Source of the DNA: Candidatus Undinarchaeota archaeon
GTDB lineage: Archaea > SpSt-1190 > JASMDC01
Assembly (NCBI GenBank): GCA_964519305.1
Contig: CAZFHY010000001.1
Location: 32,001-96,000, forward strand
Length of the DNA: 64,000 nt
Reading direction: 5' to 3'
Part shown: positions 35,401-43,909 of the stretch, piece by piece
Layout: each line of letters opens with the position of its first letter
Numbering within the stretch: position 1 is the first letter of the stretch
The notes under the pieces: generated by a model
Told to the model about the DNA's origin: nothing
The model's database searches: none
The model's input: the letters and a program-made list of their open reading frames with translations, nothing else
Program-made: the position numbers and the translations under genes

Positions 35401-35869
35401 GAAGAAGGAGGTGTTCCTAGAGGCCTATGTCAAGGTCAAGGAGCATTACTGCGCTGTCATAGGCTCTATCGAGGGCTGGTCCGGTGACCTCTCCCTGGAG
35501 AACGAGGAGGAACCATTAGAGGGCGGCCTGGTGCTCCACGCCCATCCCAAGGGCAAGCGTCTCATACGCCTCGAGAGCATGTCCGGTGGCGAGAAGGTGC
35601 TCACAGCACTCTCCCTCCTGCTGGCTCTGCAGAAGTTCGACGGCGCACCGTTCCTCGTGCTGGACGAGGTGGACGCGGCCCTTGACAAGGTCAACCTCGA
35701 CCGGTTCACCGAGCTGCTGCGCGAGACCGCTTCGAAGTCACAGCTCATCGTCATCTCTCACCACAACGAGTCGCTCATGCGCTCGGCAGACCAGCTCATC
35801 GGCGTCTCTGCCCGGAAGGGCCAGTCCATGCTCGTGGGGGTGAACCTGAATGCCTACACAGGAGAATGA
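32486..35869 (+). CDS. smc: Chromosome segregation protein SMC
   Basis: GFKSF, GRNGSGKSN, hinge GVVGRV...GKARFLP...GAVMGG, long coiled coils, SGGEK, LDEVDAALD. Confidence 0.97.
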   Translation: MPRITNITMKGFKSFARKTSVQFPVDFSVVVGRNGSGKSNIVDALCFVLGTARSKVMRVKNSSELIFNGGKDGKASENAEVTVTFDNQDAGFRIDSEAVTVSRLVKSNGQGVYRLNEKRVTRQEILEALSHARINPDSYNIVLQNDVTRVIDMSARERRGFVDDIAGIASYEERKVKALRELESVERRMEEIQIRLTEMRRILDEMREERDKAVKLRQLKEEKGLVEATLCRSRVKLDEERITRQQKHIAELEEKRSKVHALRQQEEGTLATKQAKLSQVEKRLQDEGYGDQVRLTDSRATIEGEIALLKERHKSKEGELSAKQQRIKDLVHELAENTKGLGQAKKALIELAQREKELTDEIEQVGDRIRKHRKDHDSEWASLEQEREVLEREERELSARETTLREELAKIRATLEGSTGKRVRLDDLRKNKTGLEKEEVELTTGISTKGEEAARLTRALSDTKHALEKKEQQYSRVRDKLERQARVSPPVEAVLRAGIPGVVGRVYDLIKFTPEHAAAIMAAAGARINAIVVERDTVAVECVQLLKKKRIGKARFLPMDKLRPPSHSREAEGVGREAMGLLRDHVRCEPHLEPMLRYVLGNTVLVETIEEARRLGFGRARMVSLDGDVAESSGAVMGGHNKTERITEDIGALRSDIERMGGNVAKMEQHRDVLEEELIQMRQRRAEVKISLETIKADLSDMEGVDAATLEKRESELDKELGAVTKDLEVRRGKLTSIQEKVSARNTEVENEALDKEEARLTELRDQLRQVGAERAVKEREKRHEFEANIQMYKTTLREEQKATVTLKSELAVVDKELAGKEGELAKVAAQLAEMDEKLQTFIAEQESVRGDIRSSEKRIATLDRESDGLSITLENDSEKLGEMEGELGELRRELGQFSLFLPDEEDQTVTRLDARLKSVQRRIERLGGVSEYMLERYEEREKEYNESIERKTLLEKEKGVILTTMEELEAKKKEVFLEAYVKVKEHYCAVIGSIEGWSGDLSLENEEEPLEGGLVLHAHPKGKRLIRLESMSGGEKVLTALSLLLALQKFDGAPFLVLDEVDAALDKVNLDRFTELLRETASKSQLIVISHHNESLMRSADQLIGVSARKGQSMLVGVNLNAYTGE

Positions 35870-36728
35870 TGAGGCTGCGGCCTGGATGGAGGAGCGGGAC
35901 CTGGGCTCCGACCTCACACATGCGGAGATCATGGAGCTGTTCGGTTTCGATCCGTCCAAGCGCTATGTTGTGCGTCTGGCCGACCGGTGGTCCGACATCG
36001 CGTTCCTGCACGAGCAGGGCGTGGTGCAGCTGCGGGAAAAGGGCGAGCCCCAGGGGACCTATTATCTATCTCCCGAGGACCTGCGGGTCCGAAACGAACC
36101 CAAGCTCTACGGCGCGGTTTTCTCGTCCCTCTCCGACCAGTACCGCACCATCGCCAGCGCCTTCTCCATCGCCCAGCGCATCGCCGAGGGGCTCGGGCAC
36201 GCCATCTCGCTCAAGGACTTTCTCACGCTCGTCACGTTATTAGAGAAGGAGGTGGCCCTCAAGCAGGCGGCCGTGCACGTCCCCGGCCACGGAACCGTCA
36301 CCGAGACCGAACGACGGACCATGTTCGCCGAGCTCAAGCGCCTGCGATACGCCATCCTCGAGAAGATCTACGAGGTCCGGCATGCTCGCGAGGACTTCGA
36401 CCATGCCATGGAGCGGCTGGGCGAGGGCGACGACATCCACTTCGCCGCCGAGCTGCAGCGCACGAACCTCATGCGCATGGAGCGCGCCGAGCGTGAGCTG
36501 GAGCAGGCCATCAAGGAGTACAACAAGATGGACGAGACCCTCTTCTCCCAGGAAGGGGCGTTCATCATGGACCCGGCAGGCGAGGACATCGTGGTCGAGG
36601 TGTACCGGATGCCCGAGAAGCAGCCCGAGCAGAATGACGTACCGCCGCCCAAGCCAGTGCAGAACACGCCCGTCCCGACCATGGAGCGGCACCGGCCCCT
36701 GTCGCTGGAAGCGCAGCCGCCGGCGTGA
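35850..36728 (+). CDS. Hypothetical protein overlapping the smc 3' end
   Basis: 292-aa ORF with host-like codon usage, helical/coiled-coil middle, Pro-rich tail. Confidence 0.7.
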   Translation: MPTQENDEAAAWMEERDLGSDLTHAEIMELFGFDPSKRYVVRLADRWSDIAFLHEQGVVQLREKGEPQGTYYLSPEDLRVRNEPKLYGAVFSSLSDQYRTIASAFSIAQRIAEGLGHAISLKDFLTLVTLLEKEVALKQAAVHVPGHGTVTETERRTMFAELKRLRYAILEKIYEVRHAREDFDHAMERLGEGDDIHFAAELQRTNLMRMERAERELEQAIKEYNKMDETLFSQEGAFIMDPAGEDIVVEVYRMPEKQPEQNDVPPPKPVQNTPVPTMERHRPLSLEAQPPA

Positions 36729-36764
36729 TAAGTGTTTTAAAAACTAGGTGTCATTACTGCGACG

Positions 36765-39700
36765 GTGGCAGTGGAGGGAATAGATATCGCAAACCCTGTT
36801 CTTCCCATACGCAGGTATCGGTTCCTATCGCTCATGGCCATTCTCTTCGCTCTCCTCCTCACGCTCTCTGTCGCCGAGAGCTGTTCCGATGGCGGGTACT
36901 GCCCTCAGCAGGAACTCACGTTCACCAGACAGGACATCGGCACCATCGGCGGAGCCATCTCGACCGTATCGGCAGACATCAATGGCGACGGGAACCTCGA
37001 CGTGGTCGCCTGTGGCTTCGACGGCCAGAGACTGGCATGGTACGAGCGGACCGGCGCCACATGGGAGGAGCACGCCGTGGCCACCCTTGTAGGTGTCCAC
37101 TCAGTAGACGTGGGGGACATGGACGGGGATGGCGATGTGGACGTGGTCGCAGGCTCGTACACGGGCGGCGCCATCACATGGTACGCCAACTCAGGCACAG
37201 GCTCCGGATGGACGCGGCACGACGTGGACTCGGGTCTGGGATCCTTGAACTACGTGGGTACCACCGACCTGGACGGGGATGGGCACATCGACGTCGTCTC
37301 CTCATCCTCCGACACCGACACGATCGCATGGTGGACCAACAGCGGCGACGGCACTGCTTGGACCAAGCACGTCGTAACGACCGAGTGCGAACGCGCCGTG
37401 GCCAGGAACGCGGCTGACGTGGACCGGGACGGCGACCTCGACATCGCGGTATATTGTGCTGACAGCGATGATGTTGCGTGGTTCGAGAACGCCAACGGTG
37501 CCGGCACCCTATGGACGATACACGTCATCGATCCCTCCCTCGATAATCCAACCGACATGGACCTCGCGGATGTGGACGGCGACGGCGACCTGGACGCTGT
37601 GGCCGTGGCCAAGACCCCCGGGGACGTGGCGTGGTACGAGCAGGGCACGCCCTTCGGGACGGCGCTGGAGTTCGACGGGGCGGACGATGAGGTTGTAGTC
37701 CCCGACAGCGCTGCACTCGACATATCCAACGCGATCACTGTAGAGGCCTGGATCAAGGCGGATGCATGGGGTGTTGATCACGGGATCGGCACCATCGTCG
37801 ACAAGCACGACTGGATAAGCGGGGCGGCGGGCTACGTCCTCAGGGCGGGGGACGGGGGGAAGCTCTCGCTCAATCTCGGAGCCTCCAGTCAATGGAAGGA
37901 GGTAATCTCGCCCGCCGTCATGGAGACAGGGCGCTGGCACCACGTGGCCGGGACCTTCGACGGGTCCACCATCAAGGTCTTCGTCGACGGTGTCGAGCAG
38001 GAATCAAAGGACGTTCCTGCCTTCACGATCCGAGCAAATTCGGCCAAGCTCACGATCGGGCGTGCCACATGGGAGCCCATACGTGACCGTCTGTTCGATG
38101 GCTCTATCGACGAGGTACGCATCTGGGACACGGCCCTCGACCAGGCCGAGATCCAGGGCTGGATGCACCGGCCGGTGGACGACAGTCATTCAAGCTACGC
38201 GAACCTCGCAGCCTACTACCGGTTCGACGACAGCTCGGGCACCACGGCCGCCGACTCCAAGGGCGACAACGACGGTACCCTCACCAACATGGATGAGGAG
38301 GACTTTGTAACCAGCACCGTCCCCGGCTGGACCAGGCACCTCATCGACGGCGATTTCACCAGTGCCTTCGAGGTGCACGCTGCCGACCTGGACGGCGACG
38401 GGGACACCGATGTCCTCGCAGGCTCCCAGGGATCGGAGGTGGCGTGGTGGGAGCAGACGCTGCCCTTCGGGACGGCGCTGGAGTTCGACGGGACGGACGA
38501 CTACGTCAACGCCGGCACGGGTATCAACATCGCCAACAGCGACTTCACCGTCGAGTTCTGGCTCAAGCGGAGCGCTGCCGGGCATGACGACATATTCGTC
38601 GCCCAGGGTCCCGAGCTCATGAACCAGGGGCTCCATATTGGATTCAGGGACACCAACACGTTCACGTGCGCCTTCTGGCAAAACGATCTTAATACGGCTG
38701 CAATCTACACCGACACCAACTGGCACCACTGGGCGTGCAGCTACGATGTATCCACCAACGCGCGGAAGATCTACCGTGATGGCGTGGAGGTAGCCAGCGA
38801 CACGGCTCCGGCGGACTTCCAGGGCTCAGGGGCGCTCTACCTCGGTAGAGCGATTAATTTAGCCCGATCGGCAGGCTCCCTCGACGAGGTCCGAATCTGG
38901 GACACCGCCCTCACCCAGGAAGAGATCAATGCCTGGATGCACAAGGAAGTGGACGACACCCACTCCGATTACGCAAGCCTCGTCTCCTACTACCTATTCG
39001 ACGATGGCTCGGGCACCACGGCCGCCGACTCCAAGGGCGACAACGACGGCACCCTCACCAACATGGACGAGGAGGACTGGGTAACCAGCACCGCTCCCGG
39101 CTGGAGCAAGCATCCACTCGACACCGGCTTCACCTGGTCCTACACGCTCCAGGACGCTGACCTGAACGGCGACGGGCTCAACGACATTCTTGCCGCGGGC
39201 CGCACCAGCGACAAGGTCTCCTACTGGGAAGCGGACGTCTCGGTCTCGGGGAAGGGCCTCCCCGAGGGGATGCTCCCGCCGGTGAACATCACCACCGCGC
39301 CCTGCCCCGACGGCATGGCCCGCATCAGTGCGTACTGGGGCTCCTACTGCATCGACCAGTATGAAGCGCACGACGCCGGAGGGAGGCGGGCGCTGGCCTT
39401 GGCCGGTGGGAACGATGCCGTGGTGGACTCCGACGTGACCGAGTGGCCCACCACCGCCATAACCTTCGAGTTCTGGATGCGGTCCACAGACACAGTGCAC
39501 CGGTGCATCACTTCCTATGCCGTTGAGAGCGAGGGCAACCACTTCAGCATCTGGGGGCCCGAAGCCGTGGAGTTCACGGTCCGCGATCCAGGTACCAACA
39601 ACGCCCGCAAGGTACAGACCTCCGTGGCGCTCAACGACGGCGAGTGGCACCATGTGGCCGTCACCTGGGACAGCGTCAGCGGGGCCGTAGCCCTCTACAA

Positions 39701-42700
39701 GGATGGATCCCTAGCCCATTCGCAGGGCGACATCGCAAAGGATCTCGTCCTGTCCGCAGACGGCTGCCTGGTGCTGGGCCAGGACCAGGACGGGGGTTGT
39801 GGCGGCTATGCTGCCAACCAGGCCTACATCGGCGACCTAGACGACGTTCGCATCTGGAGCAAGGCGCTGGACGGCAACACCATCAGGACGTGGATGTCAC
39901 GCGACATCGACAGTACCCACACTGCGTTCGGGAGCCTCGTCACCCACTACGCATTCGACGAGGGCGAGGGCACCGCCGTGGGGGATAGCACCGGCAACAA
40001 CGACGCGATCCTCCAGGACATGGACACGGCCACCGCGTGGGTGGACCTTACCACAGGCGACCATAAGGCCGGCTCGGCTCCGGGGAAGACGCCGTGGGTG
40101 GACATCTCCTGGACGGATTCCAAGGCCGCTTGCACTGCTGCGGGCAAGCGCCTGTGCACCGACGCCGAGTGGATGGCCGCGTGCAACCTTCAGGGGCAGA
40201 AGTACTACCTCCATGGGGAGGGGACCGGGGAGACGTACGGTTGCTACACCCTCTGCGACGGGTGTGATAATGACGATCCCTCGTTCAACGACCTGACGGG
40301 ATCCCATCCTTGGTGCAGGTCGGACACCGGTGTGTACGACATGGTGGGTAACGTGATGGAGTGGACGGACGCCACGACCCCCACAGCAACGTGGTCCAGC
40401 ACCAATTCATGGATCAAGCTCCTCCTCGATCCACCGGAAAAGGCATGGGGTGGCGACTTTGTCCAGGGAGGGGACTCGCAGGCCGGCAATCCCTTCGTGC
40501 GGGGTGGTCCGCGGATGAAGACCGCGGGTAATGCCATTATGCCCGGATGCTTCTATCTCAACACCAAAAAAACGCCTACCACTCAAGATGCCCGCATCGG
40601 CTTCCGCTGCTGCATGGGCGACGCAGAGAGCCCCGGTGTACCAGCCACACTGGAGGAGGCGCTGGTTGACCGCAACCAGAAGTACCTCGACACCTTCAAC
40701 GAGGGGCTGGACCTGGTGCGCCAGGGTCACGGTCCACTTGCCATCTCCAAGTTCGAGGAGTGCCTTGCCATGGCCCCGGGGAACATCTTCATGTCCACGA
40801 ACATCGCCGTCCTCCAGGCTGCCCAGGGCCCCACCTGCACTGCACCCCATGCCTTGTGCCCGGGAGATTTGCAGTGCACTGACCTCTCAACCAATGTGAA
40901 CCACTGTGGTGCGTGCGGGAACGTCTGCCAGCTGGCGAACGCCGTCCCCAAGTGCGCCCCTCCCGGTGCCTGCGAGGTCCAGGACTGTAATCCCGGTTAT
41001 GGCAACTGCGACCTTAACCATGCTAATGGCTGCGAAGCGAAGCTCGACACCGATCAGAACTGCATGAACTGTGGGGTTGCCTGTACCAGCGGTAAGGTGT
41101 GTGTGGCAGGGGGCTGCGGCTGCCCCGACGGGAAGACGGACTGCTTGACCGCTTGCGCGGACGTCCAGTCGGATCCGGCCCACTGCGGCCTTTGTGGCAA
41201 CGCCTGCGACGTAGGCCAGGTGTGCGCTCAGGGTCAGTGCTCCTCCGAGTGTCTCGGCGCCACAACCGAGTGCGGGGGCGCATGTGTGGATACGAGCATC
41301 GACGGGGACAACTGCGGAGCGTGCGGGATTAAGTGCTCTGCCGTGATGGGCAGCGCGAAATGCACGTCCGGCCTCTGTGCCATTGTGTCGTGCACGGAGG
41401 GCTACGGCGACTGTGACACGGATTACAGCAACGGTTGCGAGGCACCCCTATCCACTGATAACAACTGCGGTGCCTGCTCGACGATGTGCACCGGCGGGAA
41501 GAGCTGCAAGAGCGGCAGCTGCCAGTGCCTGACAGGGGCAACCGACTGTGATGGTACCTGCGTGAACATCCAGACCAACGGTAAGCACTGCGGGAAGTGC
41601 GGCAATGCCTGCCCCGCAAGCCAGGTGTGTGCCAACGGGGAGTGCTCCACCGAATGCCCCGAAGGAACAACCGCATGCGGCAGCGCCTGCGTGAACCTCC
41701 TAACGGACGTGGGGAACTGCGGCGCCTGCGAAACAGCATGCCCCGAGGGAAGGACGTGCCTTGCGGGCAACTGCACCTGTCCCGGGAGCAACATCGAGTG
41801 CGGGGGCGCATGTGTGGACATCCTTATCGATGCGAACAACTGCGGCGCTTGTAGCAAGAGCTGTACCGCTTCCAATGCCAAGATGGGCTGCACGTCCGGT
41901 AAATGCACCCTCGCCTCGTGCACGGAGGGCTACGGCGATTGCGACCTGAACGTAACCAACGGGTGCGAGGCCGCCCTCTCCACCAAGGATAACTGCGGTG
42001 CCTGCGGCGCGACATGCACCGGGGGGATGGGATGCGTGGAGGGTGCCTGCGCTTGCACCGAGGGGAGGACTGCGTGCGATGGCACGTGCGTTGACGTCCA
42101 GTCCAATCCCGCACACTGCGGCGCCTGCGGCACCGCCTGCCCCGAGGGCCAGGTGTGCGCTGCGGGGGCGTGCTCCTCCGAATGCCCCGCCGGGACCACC
42201 GAGTGCGCGGGGGCGTGCGTGGACGTGGCCACGGACGTGGAGAACTGCGGCGCCTGCGGCGCTGCCTGCTCCGTGGCTCAAGGCACCGCCGGGTGCGCCG
42301 AGAACGTGTGTGTTGTTGCGACGTGCGACGGGGGCTTCGGCGACTGCGACGGGGCCTACGGCACGGGGTGCGAGATGGAGCTCTCCATCAATGCCAAGCA
42401 CTGCGGGGCGTGCTGGAACGCCTGCAAGGACGGGGATGTCTGCGACGGTGGCGGATGCAAGCGGACCACCAACCGCGCAAACGGGGAACCGTGCGAGCTT
42501 CCCAACGACTGTGCCTCAACCAACTGTGTCAACAAGGTGTGCTGTGTTGCGGGCAAGTCGTGCTGCACGAGCGATGCCGACTGTCTGGAGAACGAGGCCT
42601 GCGACACTGCACGCTTCTATTGTATCAAAATGGCGGCCACGCCACCTCCTGACGCTCTCGCCGGAGAGGAGCTGAGAGAAGAAGCTGCAGAACAGCTCGA

Positions 42701-43355
42701 TCAGGCCAGAAAGCTCATCGAGGAGCTTAAAGAGAAGGCTCCCGACCTCGACACATCCACCATCGAGACACTCCTCACCGAAGCGCAACAGAAGCTCGAC
42801 GCCAACGACTTCTCCGCCGCTTACAAGGTGGCCCTTGACGCTGTGAAGCAAGCAGAGGACGAGAAGAAGAACGTGAAGTACGACATCGGCCAGGAATGTG
42901 CAGCGGACGAGGAGTGCAAGACCGGTAATTGCGGCAACGGGGTGTGCTGCATGGCGGGGAAGGTGTGCTGCACAAAACCCGGTCAGTGCGACGTGGGTGA
43001 GAATTGTGACATAGAACGTAAATACTGCGTTCCCGAGGAAAAGGAGGAGCGCCCGCTCACGGCCCGTGACCGCGTTCTGGACATCCTATCAAGTCCCGAG
43101 CAACTACTAACCATCGTCGCCGCTGTCGTGGGCGGTGTCGGCTTCGGCCTCTACCAGATCATATCTAACATCCAGGACAGGAAGGAGAAGAAGAAGCTGG
43201 AGGCCATGCAACAGCAGTGGCAGGCACAGCAGCAGCAACAGTTCTACGGGGGCCCTGGTGGACAGTGGCAGACACCGGGCGGTTACCAGCAGCAGTACCA
43301 GCAATGGGGACAACAGCCAGGTGGCCAGCAGTGGGGCCGACCGCCCGGGCAGTGA
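36765..43355 (+). CDS. Giant modular surface adhesin: FG-GAP/VCBS repeats, LamG/pentraxin domains, FGE-sulfatase-like domain, Cys-rich repeats, TM anchor, Q/G/W-rich tail
   Basis: DxDGDGDxDV repeats; WHHVA.T.DG...FDGSIDEVRIW; YCIDQYEA...PWVDISW...RLCT.AEW...GVYDMVGNVMEW...IGFRCC; about ten D..NCGACG..C repeats; C-terminal TM helix. Confidence 0.88.
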   Translation: MAVEGIDIANPVLPIRRYRFLSLMAILFALLLTLSVAESCSDGGYCPQQELTFTRQDIGTIGGAISTVSADINGDGNLDVVACGFDGQRLAWYERTGATWEEHAVATLVGVHSVDVGDMDGDGDVDVVAGSYTGGAITWYANSGTGSGWTRHDVDSGLGSLNYVGTTDLDGDGHIDVVSSSSDTDTIAWWTNSGDGTAWTKHVVTTECERAVARNAADVDRDGDLDIAVYCADSDDVAWFENANGAGTLWTIHVIDPSLDNPTDMDLADVDGDGDLDAVAVAKTPGDVAWYEQGTPFGTALEFDGADDEVVVPDSAALDISNAITVEAWIKADAWGVDHGIGTIVDKHDWISGAAGYVLRAGDGGKLSLNLGASSQWKEVISPAVMETGRWHHVAGTFDGSTIKVFVDGVEQESKDVPAFTIRANSAKLTIGRATWEPIRDRLFDGSIDEVRIWDTALDQAEIQGWMHRPVDDSHSSYANLAAYYRFDDSSGTTAADSKGDNDGTLTNMDEEDFVTSTVPGWTRHLIDGDFTSAFEVHAADLDGDGDTDVLAGSQGSEVAWWEQTLPFGTALEFDGTDDYVNAGTGINIANSDFTVEFWLKRSAAGHDDIFVAQGPELMNQGLHIGFRDTNTFTCAFWQNDLNTAAIYTDTNWHHWACSYDVSTNARKIYRDGVEVASDTAPADFQGSGALYLGRAINLARSAGSLDEVRIWDTALTQEEINAWMHKEVDDTHSDYASLVSYYLFDDGSGTTAADSKGDNDGTLTNMDEEDWVTSTAPGWSKHPLDTGFTWSYTLQDADLNGDGLNDILAAGRTSDKVSYWEADVSVSGKGLPEGMLPPVNITTAPCPDGMARISAYWGSYCIDQYEAHDAGGRRALALAGGNDAVVDSDVTEWPTTAITFEFWMRSTDTVHRCITSYAVESEGNHFSIWGPEAVEFTVRDPGTNNARKVQTSVALNDGEWHHVAVTWDSVSGAVALYKDGSLAHSQGDIAKDLVLSADGCLVLGQDQDGGCGGYAANQAYIGDLDDVRIWSKALDGNTIRTWMSRDIDSTHTAFGSLVTHYAFDEGEGTAVGDSTGNNDAILQDMDTATAWVDLTTGDHKAGSAPGKTPWVDISWTDSKAACTAAGKRLCTDAEWMAACNLQGQKYYLHGEGTGETYGCYTLCDGCDNDDPSFNDLTGSHPWCRSDTGVYDMVGNVMEWTDATTPTATWSSTNSWIKLLLDPPEKAWGGDFVQGGDSQAGNPFVRGGPRMKTAGNAIMPGCFYLNTKKTPTTQDARIGFRCCMGDAESPGVPATLEEALVDRNQKYLDTFNEGLDLVRQGHGPLAISKFEECLAMAPGNIFMSTNIAVLQAAQGPTCTAPHALCPGDLQCTDLSTNVNHCGACGNVCQLANAVPKCAPPGACEVQDCNPGYGNCDLNHANGCEAKLDTDQNCMNCGVACTSGKVCVAGGCGCPDGKTDCLTACADVQSDPAHCGLCGNACDVGQVCAQGQCSSECLGATTECGGACVDTSIDGDNCGACGIKCSAVMGSAKCTSGLCAIVSCTEGYGDCDTDYSNGCEAPLSTDNNCGACSTMCTGGKSCKSGSCQCLTGATDCDGTCVNIQTNGKHCGKCGNACPASQVCANGECSTECPEGTTACGSACVNLLTDVGNCGACETACPEGRTCLAGNCTCPGSNIECGGACVDILIDANNCGACSKSCTASNAKMGCTSGKCTLASCTEGYGDCDLNVTNGCEAALSTKDNCGACGATCTGGMGCVEGACACTEGRTACDGTCVDVQSNPAHCGACGTACPEGQVCAAGACSSECPAGTTECAGACVDVATDVENCGACGAACSVAQGTAGCAENVCVVATCDGGFGDCDGAYGTGCEMELSINAKHCGACWNACKDGDVCDGGGCKRTTNRANGEPCELPNDCASTNCVNKVCCVAGKSCCTSDADCLENEACDTARFYCIKMAATPPPDALAGEELREEAAEQLDQARKLIEELKEKAPDLDTSTIETLLTEAQQKLDANDFSAAYKVALDAVKQAEDEKKNVKYDIGQECAADEECKTGNCGNGVCCMAGKVCCTKPGQCDVGENCDIERKYCVPEEKEERPLTARDRVLDILSSPEQLLTIVAAVVGGVGFGLYQIISNIQDRKEKKKLEAMQQQWQAQQQQQFYGGPGGQWQTPGGYQQQYQQWGQQPGGQQWGRPPGQ

Positions 43356-43359
43356 GCGC

Positions 43360-43878
43360 TCATTCAGGTCCGAGCTTCCTTACCATATAGGCCGCAGGTC
43401 TGCCGCCGTACACGATATCTTTCTCCTTTAGGAATCCCATGCGCTCCCAGAACGGCTCGGCGTCCTGGACGGCGACGAGCGCCAGGCGATCCAGTCCTCG
43501 TGCACGGGCGGCGGCCACCGCTTCTGTGAGCAGGATGCGTCCTATCCCCTTCCCGCGGAACGCCGGGTCCACTGCCAGGTCGTGGACGTACACGCACTCG
43601 GGATCGGGCATCGGCATGTCCTGCAGGAAGTCGATGGGCGCCACCCACCCGGACCGGGCAGGGTGGAACACTATGTAGCCTGTGACCCTGCCTTCTGCAT
43701 CGTGCACGAAGCAACCATCAGGATGCATGACCAGCTTGTGGACAAAGGCCTCGGCGCTCTCCAGGTAGCATGATGCGTAGCACTGGAACTGGATGGCCAT
43801 GATCCGGGATATATCGGCGCGGGTCATGGATCGGACAATGCCGTTCTTCAGGTCCACGAACCACTTCTCTACCGCCAA
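43360..43878 (-). CDS. GNAT family N-acetyltransferase
   Basis: YVHDLAVDPAFRGKGIGRILL, LVAVQDAEPFWERMGF; start uncertain. Confidence 0.88.
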   Translation of the reverse strand: MAVEKWFVDLKNGIVRSMTRADISRIMAIQFQCYASCYLESAEAFVHKLVMHPDGCFVHDAEGRVTGYIVFHPARSGWVAPIDFLQDMPMPDPECVYVHDLAVDPAFRGKGIGRILLTEAVAAARARGLDRLALVAVQDAEPFWERMGFLKEKDIVYGGRPAAYMVRKLGPE

Positions 43879-43909
43879 CTTTTAAAGGCTAGCGGGCCCT
43901 CCGCTGCCC

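Noticed and set aside
32995-35420. Long antisense and alternate-frame ORFs over smc (and similar ones across the window)
   Set aside because: Expected shadow ORFs of high-GC coding sequence, with Ser/Arg-biased composition.
40860-42430. Periodic tgcggc..tgc repeats as a possible CRISPR or DNA repeat array
   Set aside because: They are degenerate codons of Cys-rich protein repeats; there is no constant repeat-spacer structure and no cas gene.
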